Origin: Thermostichus sp. DRC_bins_24
Lineage (GTDB): Bacteria > Cyanobacteriota > Cyanobacteriia > Thermostichales > Thermostichaceae
Assembly: GCA_039794845.1 (NCBI GenBank)
Contig: JAUQVK010000091.1
Span: forward strand, 1-57,246
DNA length: 57,246 nucleotides
Direction of reading: 5' to 3'
Shown in pieces: positions 44,895-52,791 of this stretch. The notes below the pieces were generated by a model. The model made no database searches, was not told the DNA's origin, and saw only the letters and a program-made list of their open reading frames with translations. The position numbers and the translations under genes are program-made. Every line of letters starts with the position of its first letter. Within the stretch, counting starts at the first letter, position 1.

Positions 44895-45638
44895 ATGACG
44901 TTTCTGGAGGTTCCCTCCCGACCAGACGCCCCACTGCGGGAGCAAATTGCCCAAGATGGGGTGGCTGTACTACCGGGGCTCCTTGAGCCCAATGTCTGCG
45001 CTGCATTATGTCGGACCATCGATCAGCTACGGGCCACCCCAGGGCCACATTTTCGGACTCTTTCCCCACCTGGTGAGCCCCTTGCCCAGAGCGATTTGTT
45101 TCGCTGGCCGGAGGATGAAACCCTGGCCAAGGTGGCCACCGAAGGGATCCTGCCCCAACTGGCCGCCAGTGTGTTTGGTACCCAGTCTGTTCTCTTGCTG
45201 GAGGATCAGTTTTTCTACTCGGAGGCAGGATGCCAAACCCTCAGTCCCTGGCATCAGGATCACCCCTATCATCCGCTTGAGCCCTGGTTTTTGACCTTTT
45301 GGATCCCCTTGGATCCCGTTTTGGCAGGGCAGGGATTACGAGCGGTGGTGGGATCCCATCGCGGGCCACTGTATGCGCCGGTTGAATTTTCTGCGACAGC
45401 AGCCACGTTAGCTGCGGGGGGGCAAACTCTGGCTCCTGTCCCCGATATTGATGAGACCAGGATCCTAGCCCCCAGTTTCCAGCCGGGGGATGTCATGATT
45501 CTGGACTCCCGTACGCTCCACGCCGGTGGCCAAGCCTGTCCCCATCCCTTCCGGCGGATTTCCATTCGCTACGCTCATCCCGAAACTCATGTGGTGGAGC
45601 GAGCATGGCCTGTCGCGGCCTTTTGGCAGGAGCAGTAG
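44895..45638 (+). CDS. PhyH-family Fe(II)/2-oxoglutarate dioxygenase
   Basis: QDGVAVLPG, SPWHQD (HxD), TFWIPLD, GSHR, PGDVMILDSRTLHAG, RRISIRY. Confidence 0.9.
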   Translation: MTFLEVPSRPDAPLREQIAQDGVAVLPGLLEPNVCAALCRTIDQLRATPGPHFRTLSPPGEPLAQSDLFRWPEDETLAKVATEGILPQLAASVFGTQSVLLLEDQFFYSEAGCQTLSPWHQDHPYHPLEPWFLTFWIPLDPVLAGQGLRAVVGSHRGPLYAPVEFSATAATLAAGGQTLAPVPDIDETRILAPSFQPGDVMILDSRTLHAGGQACPHPFRRISIRYAHPETHVVERAWPVAAFWQEQ

Positions 45639-45728
45639 TTTCGAGTACAGAAATTATCCCGCCGTTGAGACAGGGTTGAGTCGTGGGCTGTTTGTCTGAT
45701 TCTCACCGTCTCAGGGGCATTTCATTTG

Positions 45729-46748
45729 ATGTTGAGGTCTCGTTCTTTTTCTCGCCGCAGCGTCATCAAGCTCTTGGGGGCTGGTGGTGCCTTTATGGCC
45801 AGCTCCCCTTGGCTGCGGTCTCCCCAGGCTCATGCCGCCACCTCGGTGGGCTTTCAACTTTCCTGGCTCCATTCCGTTCAGTTTGGGGGCAGCTACATCG
45901 CCCAAGACAAAGGCTATTGGGCCGACGAAGGGCTGCAGGTGAGCCTGGTGCCCGGTGGCCCCAATGCCCCGGTGGAGCCGCCGGTGGTGAGTGGCACCGC
46001 CTTGATGGGCATCTCGGCTGCCGACTACACCGCTGCTGCGGTCTCGCAGGGGGCCCCCTTCAAGATCATCGGGGTGGCGATGCAGAAAAACCCCTTCACC
46101 ATTGCCTCGTTGCCCGCCAACCCCGTCAATGAACCCAAGGATCTGGAGGGCAAAAAAATCGGCATGGCCACCGCCAACACCCCCGTCTTGCAGGCCCTGT
46201 GCACCCTCAACGATGTGGATATTGACCAGATCACCATCATCCCCACCCAGTACGATGCGGCCCCGCTGGTGAATGGGGAGGTGGATTGCCTGTTGTGCTG
46301 GCTCACCGACCTGCCTGTGGCCATGACTGTGCAGGGGATTGACAACGTCACCATGCTGATGGCGGATTACGGCTATACCGTTCACAGCCAGGCCTATATC
46401 GTGCTGGAAGAGAGCTTGAAAACCCGCCGTGAGGAGGTGATCGGCCTGTTGCGAGGAGAGATCAGGGGCTGGCAAGACTACAAGGCGGACACCGACGCCG
46501 CTGCCGAGCTGACCCTAGCGATGTTCCCGGATGCCGGGTTGGATCTGGAGACCCAGAAGCTACAGGCCAGGGAGCAATTGAAGCTGATGTTCTCGGAGTT
46601 GACCGACCAAAACGGCTTCGGCTGGTTTACCGATGAAACGGTGGCTGCCAATGTGGAGACCCTCAGCCTGTTGGGGGAAAACGTCACCCCTGACCTCTGG
46701 GATCGCTCAATTTTAGAAGAAATCTATGACGGTCGATCTCGCATCTGA
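45729..46748 (+). CDS. ABC substrate-binding protein, NMT1/THI5 (SsuA/ThiY-like) family, Tat-exported
   Basis: Tat motif SRRSVIK...AHA; QLSWLHSVQFGG, DKGYWADEGLQV, PGGP, PKDLEGKKIG. Confidence 0.88.
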   Translation: MLRSRSFSRRSVIKLLGAGGAFMASSPWLRSPQAHAATSVGFQLSWLHSVQFGGSYIAQDKGYWADEGLQVSLVPGGPNAPVEPPVVSGTALMGISAADYTAAAVSQGAPFKIIGVAMQKNPFTIASLPANPVNEPKDLEGKKIGMATANTPVLQALCTLNDVDIDQITIIPTQYDAAPLVNGEVDCLLCWLTDLPVAMTVQGIDNVTMLMADYGYTVHSQAYIVLEESLKTRREEVIGLLRGEIRGWQDYKADTDAAAELTLAMFPDAGLDLETQKLQAREQLKLMFSELTDQNGFGWFTDETVAANVETLSLLGENVTPDLWDRSILEEIYDGRSRI

Positions 46749-47568
46749 TCTGGCCTCTCGTGCCAACCTCAGGGATCCCAGCGCCATGTCGCCCCCAGAG
46801 GTGCGGGTGGTGCAGGGCAACAAGACTTTCGGCTGGGGATCCACTCAGGTGCCCGCCTTGGCGGATATTAACCTACGGCTCCAGCCGGGATCCCTGACGG
46901 CGTTGGTGGGGCCATCGGGCTGCGGCAAGTCCACCCTGCTGCGGGTGATCGCCGGGCTGGAAACCCTCTCCAGTGGGGAGGTGTTGATCGATGGCCAGCC
47001 CCCGGCGGTGCTGAAACAGCGGGGGGAGATCGCCGTGGCCTTTCAGGATCCCTCGTTGCTCCCCTGGCGGACGGTGGAGTCGAATGTGGCGCTGGCCCAA
47101 ACCCTGGCCCGACAATCGGTCAATCGGCAGGCAATCCGGGATCTGCTGGCGCGGGTGGGCCTCAAGGGGTTTGAACGGGCCAAACCGGCAGAACTGTCGG
47201 GGGGCATGCGGCAACGGGCGGCCATCGCCCGTTGTTTGATCACCCAACCTCGGCTGTTGTTGCTGGATGAGCCCTTCGGGGCGGTGGATGAGTTGACCCG
47301 ACGGCGGCTCAATCTGGAGCTGCCCCGTCTCTGGGAAGAACGGGGAGCGACGGCTCTGTTGGTCACCCACTCCATCGACGAGGCGGTGCTGCTGGCGGAT
47401 GAGATCCTGGTCATGAGCGTGCGACCGGGGCGGATCGTGGCTCGGATCCCGGTAAGGTTGCCCCGACCTCGTCAGGCCCAGATCCTGCGCTCGCCAGAGT
47501 TTCATCACCTGGTCGCCCAGGTCTCAGAGGCGTTGGGGCTGGAACCGGTGTTGGAGGCGCAGCGGTGA
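46726..47568 (+). CDS. ABC ATPase (NitT/TauT type)
   Basis: GPSGCGKST, FQDPSLLPWRTV, LSGGMRQR, LLDEPFG, VTHSIDEAV. Confidence 0.93.
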   Translation: MTVDLASDLASRANLRDPSAMSPPEVRVVQGNKTFGWGSTQVPALADINLRLQPGSLTALVGPSGCGKSTLLRVIAGLETLSSGEVLIDGQPPAVLKQRGEIAVAFQDPSLLPWRTVESNVALAQTLARQSVNRQAIRDLLARVGLKGFERAKPAELSGGMRQRAAIARCLITQPRLLLLDEPFGAVDELTRRRLNLELPRLWEERGATALLVTHSIDEAVLLADEILVMSVRPGRIVARIPVRLPRPRQAQILRSPEFHHLVAQVSEALGLEPVLEAQR

Positions 47569-49160
47569 ACCGGCTGGGGTCTGAACCTAGGGCGAAGTTG
47601 CTGGGGGATCCCTGGGTGAACAGCCTACTCATGGCTGGGGCCTTGCTGCTGGCTTGGGAGCTGCTGGTGCGGCTATTGCTATCGGAACGCTATATTTTGG
47701 CGGCCCCCAGCGCCATCCTGGAGCGGTTGGCCAGTCGCCCGGATTTGTATGCGCGTGCCCTGCTGGTGACCCTGCGGGAGGCGGCCCTGGGCTTTTTGTA
47801 TGGCAACGGGGCGGCCCTTCTGCTGGCGACGCTGGTGGCCCTAGTGCCCGTGAGCGAGCGGTTGGTGCAAAACCTGGCTTTGGTGGTGTTTTGTCTGCCG
47901 TTGGTGGCAACGGGGCCGGTGCTGCGGGTGATGTTTGGCACCTCCGATGGCCCGCAAATTACCCTGGCCGCCCTGGCGGTTTACTACACCACCTTTGTGC
48001 CCTTGGTGGTGGGGCTGCGGGCCATTCCGGCCAGTTGGCGGGATCTGGTGGTCAGCTATGGGCGGGGGCGGCTGGCAATGCTGCGCTACGTGCGGGCGCG
48101 TGCTGCCGTGCCCTATCTGGTGGCCGGGTTGCAGGTGGCGGCTCCGGCGGCGGTACTGGGGGCGATGGTGGGGGAGTTTACGGGGGCTGAGCGGGGCATG
48201 GGGGTGCTGGTTATCCAAGGGATCCGCTCGTTGGATGTGGTGGCTACCTGGACGGTGGCCAGTCTGGCGACGGTGGCCTCCATCGCGGTCTATCTCTTGG
48301 CGGTGGCCTTTGGACGGTGGCTCTCTCCGGGTACCCCCCCGCTGTTGCTGACGGCCCGACCGAGTCGCAAGCCATCTCCCGCTGCGGCGTGGATCTCACT
48401 GGGAATGGCGCTGTTGACGGGGCTGCTGATCCTGGGGGTGTGGCAGATGAGCATGGATGGGCTCCAGCTGAATCGCTTTTTTGCCAAACGACCGGGGGAT
48501 GTGTGGGCGTTTTTGGTCACCCATGCCAATGCGGGATCCCATCGCAGACAGTTGTTTCAGGCTCTGGGATCCACGCTGGGGGTGACGGTGCCGGGCTATT
48601 TCGCGGGACTGGGGGTGGGCTTGCTCACAGCCTGTGGGTTTGAGCTGTTCCCGCTGGTGCGGCAGGGGGCGATGCCGGTGGCGATTGCGCTGCGCTCGGT
48701 GCCCATCATCACCACGGCCCCGCTGGTGATTATCGTCATGGGACGGGGGGGAGCCAGCTTGATCACGCTGGTGGCGGTGATGACCTTTTTCCCGACGTTG
48801 ATCGCCTGTGCCCAGGGCTTGCGGCAGGTGCCGGGGCAGGTGATCGATGTGTTTAATACCTTTGCCGCCCATCGCCTGAAGATCCTGGTATTGGCCCGTC
48901 TTCCGGCAGCTTTGCCGGCTTTCTTTGCCGCGGCTCGCATTGCGGTGCCCACGGCAGTGCTGGCAGCGACGGTAGCAGAATGGCTGGCGACGGGCACCGG
49001 CATCGGCAACCTGATGGCCCTCACCTATTCCACCAGCAACTACGGGCTGCTCTGGAGTGCGGTGGTGGTTTTGACCTTGGTCTCGGTGGCGGGCTATGGC
49101 ATCGTGGCAGGGCTGGAACGCTGGGTGTTGTCGCAGGTGGCGCCGGAGCAGGTGGTGTGA
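47565..49160 (+). CDS. ABC permease with two fused TM modules (NitT/TauT type)
   Basis: Two similar hydrophobic halves ending GAMVGEF..ERGMG and AATVAEWL..GTGIG; overlaps both neighbouring genes. Confidence 0.9.
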   Translation: MNRLGSEPRAKLLGDPWVNSLLMAGALLLAWELLVRLLLSERYILAAPSAILERLASRPDLYARALLVTLREAALGFLYGNGAALLLATLVALVPVSERLVQNLALVVFCLPLVATGPVLRVMFGTSDGPQITLAALAVYYTTFVPLVVGLRAIPASWRDLVVSYGRGRLAMLRYVRARAAVPYLVAGLQVAAPAAVLGAMVGEFTGAERGMGVLVIQGIRSLDVVATWTVASLATVASIAVYLLAVAFGRWLSPGTPPLLLTARPSRKPSPAAAWISLGMALLTGLLILGVWQMSMDGLQLNRFFAKRPGDVWAFLVTHANAGSHRRQLFQALGSTLGVTVPGYFAGLGVGLLTACGFELFPLVRQGAMPVAIALRSVPIITTAPLVIIVMGRGGASLITLVAVMTFFPTLIACAQGLRQVPGQVIDVFNTFAAHRLKILVLARLPAALPAFFAAARIAVPTAVLAATVAEWLATGTGIGNLMALTYSTSNYGLLWSAVVVLTLVSVAGYGIVAGLERWVLSQVAPEQVV

Positions 49161-49738
49161 TGGGTTCTTTACAGATCTCCTCTGATCAAGGTCTTGAGCG
49201 GGTGAAGGCCCTTTACGATGAGTTGGCCGCGGAACGGGACTGGGTGCTGGCTGCCCCGCTGGCCACCCATCAGGTTCTGGTGGCAGAGGTGGCGAGTTTT
49301 TTGGCCTTGGAAGCGCGGATGCTGGATGCCGGTCGGTTTGAATCCTGGCTGGAGCTTTGGGATCCTGAGGGGTGGTATTGGATCCCGTTGCGGCGCGACA
49401 GCCACCCCGGTCAGGATCAGGCCCTATTTTTGGATGATCGGCGGCGATTGCAGGAGCGGATCTGGCGCCTGCGGGATCCTTATGCCTGGGGGATCCAGCC
49501 TTTGCCGGAGAGTGTGCGAGGGATCACCACGGTCGAAGCCTGGAACCAGAGGGATGAAACTGTGCTAGCCAGCAGCACCCTTACCCTCCACATTCATTCA
49601 GGGTCTGGGGCTCGCCTGGTGGCTGCCCGCCAGATTCACCGATTGCGTCCACAGTCCGGTGGCTTTCAGATCCTTCGCAAAACCGTCTTGATGCCAGAAC
49701 TGGCCCAGGGATCCCGACATTTGGGCTGGTTTCTGTAG
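49160..49738 (+). CDS. Aromatic-ring-hydroxylating dioxygenase beta subunit
   Basis: FLALEARMLDAGRFESWLELW...YWIP, DDRRRLQERIWRL; its ATG overlaps the permease stop (TGATG). Confidence 0.88.
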   Translation: MGSLQISSDQGLERVKALYDELAAERDWVLAAPLATHQVLVAEVASFLALEARMLDAGRFESWLELWDPEGWYWIPLRRDSHPGQDQALFLDDRRRLQERIWRLRDPYAWGIQPLPESVRGITTVEAWNQRDETVLASSTLTLHIHSGSGARLVAARQIHRLRPQSGGFQILRKTVLMPELAQGSRHLGWFL

Positions 49739-49805
49739 GCTTGGGCTGGGTTGCTCACACGATTCACAAAAAAACAAACAAACCTGTTATTGGAATCTCG
49801 CCACC

Positions 49806-51110
49806 ATGGTTTTTCACGCCGCCAATCCACCGGATTTTGACTGGCTGATCCAGTCGGATCGGGTGCATCGCCGGCTCTACACGGATCCCACCCTGTTTGA
49901 GCTGGAGATGGAGCGCATCTTTGGAGGAACCTGGAGCTACTTGGGGCACGAGAGCGAGATCCCCCAGCCGGGCTGTTTTGTCCGCCGGACTCTGGGTCGC
50001 CGCCCGATCCTCTTGACTCGGGGACAGGATGGCCAGATCCATGGTCTTTTTAACCGCTGCACCCACCGTGGCACCCTCCTGGTCACCGCAGACAAGGGAT
50101 GCAGCAAGCGCCTGACTTGTCCGTATCACGGCTGGTGTTTTGGCCTGGATGGGCGTCTGCACAGCCTGCCCGTAGCCGAGAGCTATGCCAATCCCCGCAA
50201 GTCATCGTTTCATCTGGGCCAGCTACAAGTGCAGACCTATCGGGGCTTGATCTTTGGCACCTTAGCCGCACAACCACCGGATCTGGAGACTTGGCTGGGG
50301 GCGGCCTTGCCCTGGCTGGATGCGCACCTCGATCGCCATCCCAAGGGCATCATCCGGCTGGTGGACTCCCCGGTTCGGCTGGAGTTTGCCGGCAACTGGA
50401 AGCTGCTTTGGGATAACGCTGCCGATGGGATCCATGCCACCTTCGCCCATCGCTCCTACAATCAACTGGGCCACCAAGCCAAGACCAAGACCGTCCTCGC
50501 CCGCAATCCGGCCAGCACCCCGATGGTGAGCCAAACCCTTGACCACGGCCATTGTGTGGTGGATCAGCGACCGGGGATCCCCGACGGACCCTGGTCCACC
50601 ATGCGACAACTGCCGACGCGCGAGGCGTTGGAGGGATCCCTACGGGCTGAGCACCCGCCTGAGCTGCTGGATCTGGCTACCGGCAACATGGTTAACCTCA
50701 GCCTCTTTCCCAATTTGATCTTGGTCGGGAACCAACTGATGGTGGTGGAGCCTCTGGCGGTGGATCGCACCCGCATCCACCTGTACCTGGCGATGGCAGA
50801 AGCTGTACCGGAGGCGATCAACCTGCTGCGATTACGGGTGGATGAAGATTTTGTTAGCTTTGGCACGCCGGATGATCTGGCAATCTTCGAGCGCATCCAG
50901 GAGGGGCTGGGGATCCCTGAGGAGGAGTGGCTGGATATCAGCCGGGGGGAGCAAGCCGGGGATCGACAGGATGACCGGGGCCGGGTCACGGGCTCAATTG
51001 CCAGCGAAGCTCCCATTCGCGCCTATTGGCAGGAGTGGAAACGCCTGATGCGGGATCCCATTCCGCTGCGGGTGCGGCGAGCTGGAGTATTACACGGCGG
51101 AATGTACTGA
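49806..51110 (+). CDS. Rieske aromatic-ring-hydroxylating oxygenase alpha subunit
   Basis: Rieske motif NRCTHRG...CPYHGW; mononuclear Fe site NWKLLWDNAADGIHATFAH; FPNL; TPDD. Confidence 0.94.
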   Translation: MVFHAANPPDFDWLIQSDRVHRRLYTDPTLFELEMERIFGGTWSYLGHESEIPQPGCFVRRTLGRRPILLTRGQDGQIHGLFNRCTHRGTLLVTADKGCSKRLTCPYHGWCFGLDGRLHSLPVAESYANPRKSSFHLGQLQVQTYRGLIFGTLAAQPPDLETWLGAALPWLDAHLDRHPKGIIRLVDSPVRLEFAGNWKLLWDNAADGIHATFAHRSYNQLGHQAKTKTVLARNPASTPMVSQTLDHGHCVVDQRPGIPDGPWSTMRQLPTREALEGSLRAEHPPELLDLATGNMVNLSLFPNLILVGNQLMVVEPLAVDRTRIHLYLAMAEAVPEAINLLRLRVDEDFVSFGTPDDLAIFERIQEGLGIPEEEWLDISRGEQAGDRQDDRGRVTGSIASEAPIRAYWQEWKRLMRDPIPLRVRRAGVLHGGMY

Positions 51111-51837
51111 TCACTTCGGGCAGCCAAAGTTTTTGTTTTTTTGCCGCGAATGTGTTTTGTGGGCCGGATAGCTACGGGCAAAGCCGAACTCTCCTGTTGC
51201 CCCTCAGCCCCAACTACACCGGCTATGGCGGGATCCTTATCGATGAAGCCGATCTCAAGGCCATGACCCCCACCCTGGAAAAACAGGGATCCCATGCCTT
51301 CAACTAGAGACGCAGAAGTCCTGCGCTCTGCTACCGGCGAGCGTCGGGAGGAATGCGCTAGAATTACCCTGACAAACTTCTCCGTACCGCGTAAGCGGTC
51401 GGAGTCCGGTAGTTTACTCCTCCCAACCGGGTCAGGCCATTGCGGCGCGGGCGATTCGTTCTGGAGAGCTAGTACAGCTGTTGGAGCAGGTGATCCGCCC
51501 CCATTACCGGCAGAAGATGGAACGCCTGCAGGCAGCCTTTGAACGGGAGTTTCTCGAGGATTTGCCTTGGTTTTACACAAGGTAGAAGGGGCCTTATTCG
51601 CCTGGTTGTGGCTGCCAGATCTGCCCATTTCCGACCGAGAACTCTACCGACGGCTGAAACAAAGTGGTGGTGGTGCCAGGATCCCCCTTCTTTCCGGGGA
51701 CGGATCCCGATTGGCCCTATCAGTACCGGTGTGTGCGCATCAGCCTGACGGCAACACCGGAGCAAGTTGAGCAGGGGGTAGCTATTCTCGACCGGGTAGT
51801 GGAACAGGCCTACGCTGAAGCTCCTTTAGCAGTATGA
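51082..51837 (+). pseudogene. avtA: Decayed valine--pyruvate aminotransferase (5'-truncated, internally deleted, frameshifted)
   Basis: Fragments in different frames: RNVLITSGSQSFCFFAANVF...LPLSPNYTGYGG; GQAIAARAIRSGEL...[46 protein letters not shown] ending TGA at 51837. Confidence 0.8.
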
Positions 51838-51858
51838 GTAGCAGTATGAGGCAGCAAG

Positions 51859-51969
51859 ATGGATTATTTGATGATCCCAGATGAACCGATCGTGATCGCC
51901 AGCTTGCTGGGTTTAGCTCTGCTGGGGATCCTGATCTTGAACCTGGCCGGCGGTGGATTCCTCGACTAG
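51859..51969 (+). CDS. Putative 36-aa single-TM small protein
   Basis: Hand translation MDYLMIPDEPIVIASLLGLALLGILILNLAGGGFLD; weak GAGG upstream. Confidence 0.4.
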   Translation: MDYLMIPDEPIVIASLLGLALLGILILNLAGGGFLD

Positions 51970-51990
51970 GACGTGGAAAAACGGTTTAGG

Positions 51991-52020
51991 TTGACAGGCT
52001 TACACACCCTTCTCTAGAAT
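51991..52020 (+). promoter_or_regulatory. Sigma70-type promoter of tRNA-Glu
   Basis: TTGACA-18 nt-TAGAAT, 22 nt upstream of the tRNA. Confidence 0.8.
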
Positions 52021-52042
52021 CAGGATCGCGTCATTTCTAGAT

Positions 52043-52115
52043 GCCCCCATCGTCTAGAGGCCCAGGACACATCCCTTTCACGGATGCGACAGGGGTTCGA
52101 ATCCCCTTGGGGGTA
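52043..52115 (+). tRNA. trnE: tRNA-Glu (TTC)
   Basis: GCCCCCA/TGGGGGT acceptor stem, anticodon arm CATCC-CTTTCAC-GGATG, GGTTCGAATCC T-arm; CCA not encoded. Confidence 0.97.
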
Positions 52116-52244
52116 TAGGTGCAAGCTCTGCTCTGGGCCACGTCTCAAGCCTGTAGACAATGGGTTTTAGACCTATTGGCTAGGGGGGGATTGGAGGAAG
52201 CCACTGACGTAAATCTGACGTAAACCGCACCTTACGTCAGAGTC

Positions 52245-52660
52245 ATGCGAGAGATAAAACCCACCCATAACCATGGATCCCTGACAATACGGTTCACTTA
52301 CCAAGGCAAGCGATACCAGCTTTCTGGCTTTGGTCAGGCATCCGATAAAGCAGCCAGGGCTAAGGCGGATCAAGTTGCTAAGCAGATCTACCTCGATTGC
52401 CTGACTGGATCCTTCGACCCAACCTTGAATCGATACCGACCCGCGAACCAAAAAAGGCAATTTTCTCCAGGGTTCCCCCCCGATCACCTGGAGGCCAGAT
52501 TAAGCCATCGCATCGGAACCCAATACAACCCAGCCGATGTGGCTCTGATGGGCAACCTCATCCAGTACAGGGATCCCATTAACTTCCCTGACTAGGCTCA
52601 AGCCTTTGTTTGTCAAGTGGCTGAGGGATACCCAGAAACTTGCCTCCGGCACCATAAGCT
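52245..52660 (+). pseudogene. Truncated tyrosine integrase (arm-binding/DUF3596-like N-terminus)
   Basis: GSLTIRFTYQGKRYQLS...AKQIYLDCLTGSFDPTLNRY; TAG at 52593-52595, then a frameshifted continuation VKWLRDTQKLASGTIS; no catalytic domain; lies just 3' of a tRNA. Confidence 0.75.
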
Positions 52661-52791
52661 TATCGAGGGCTCCCTTATTCTCGGAGGGGGCGTTCCGGCG
52701 GGGCAAGGAAGATCGGGAATAATAGAAACGGCACAGGCGGATCCCGGGATCCTGAGCCTGGCCTGTTGACTTCCTTCCCTTGAGGCCGATT

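Noticed and set aside
48980..49159. N-terminal extension of the beta subunit given in the ORF track
   Set aside because: It overlaps the permease; the coupled ATG at 49160 is the more plausible start.
44274..52660. Oxygenase cluster as cargo of the tRNA-Glu integrase
   Set aside because: The integrase lies on the 3' side of the tRNA and the cluster on the 5' side, and I saw no att duplicate at the thiC end.
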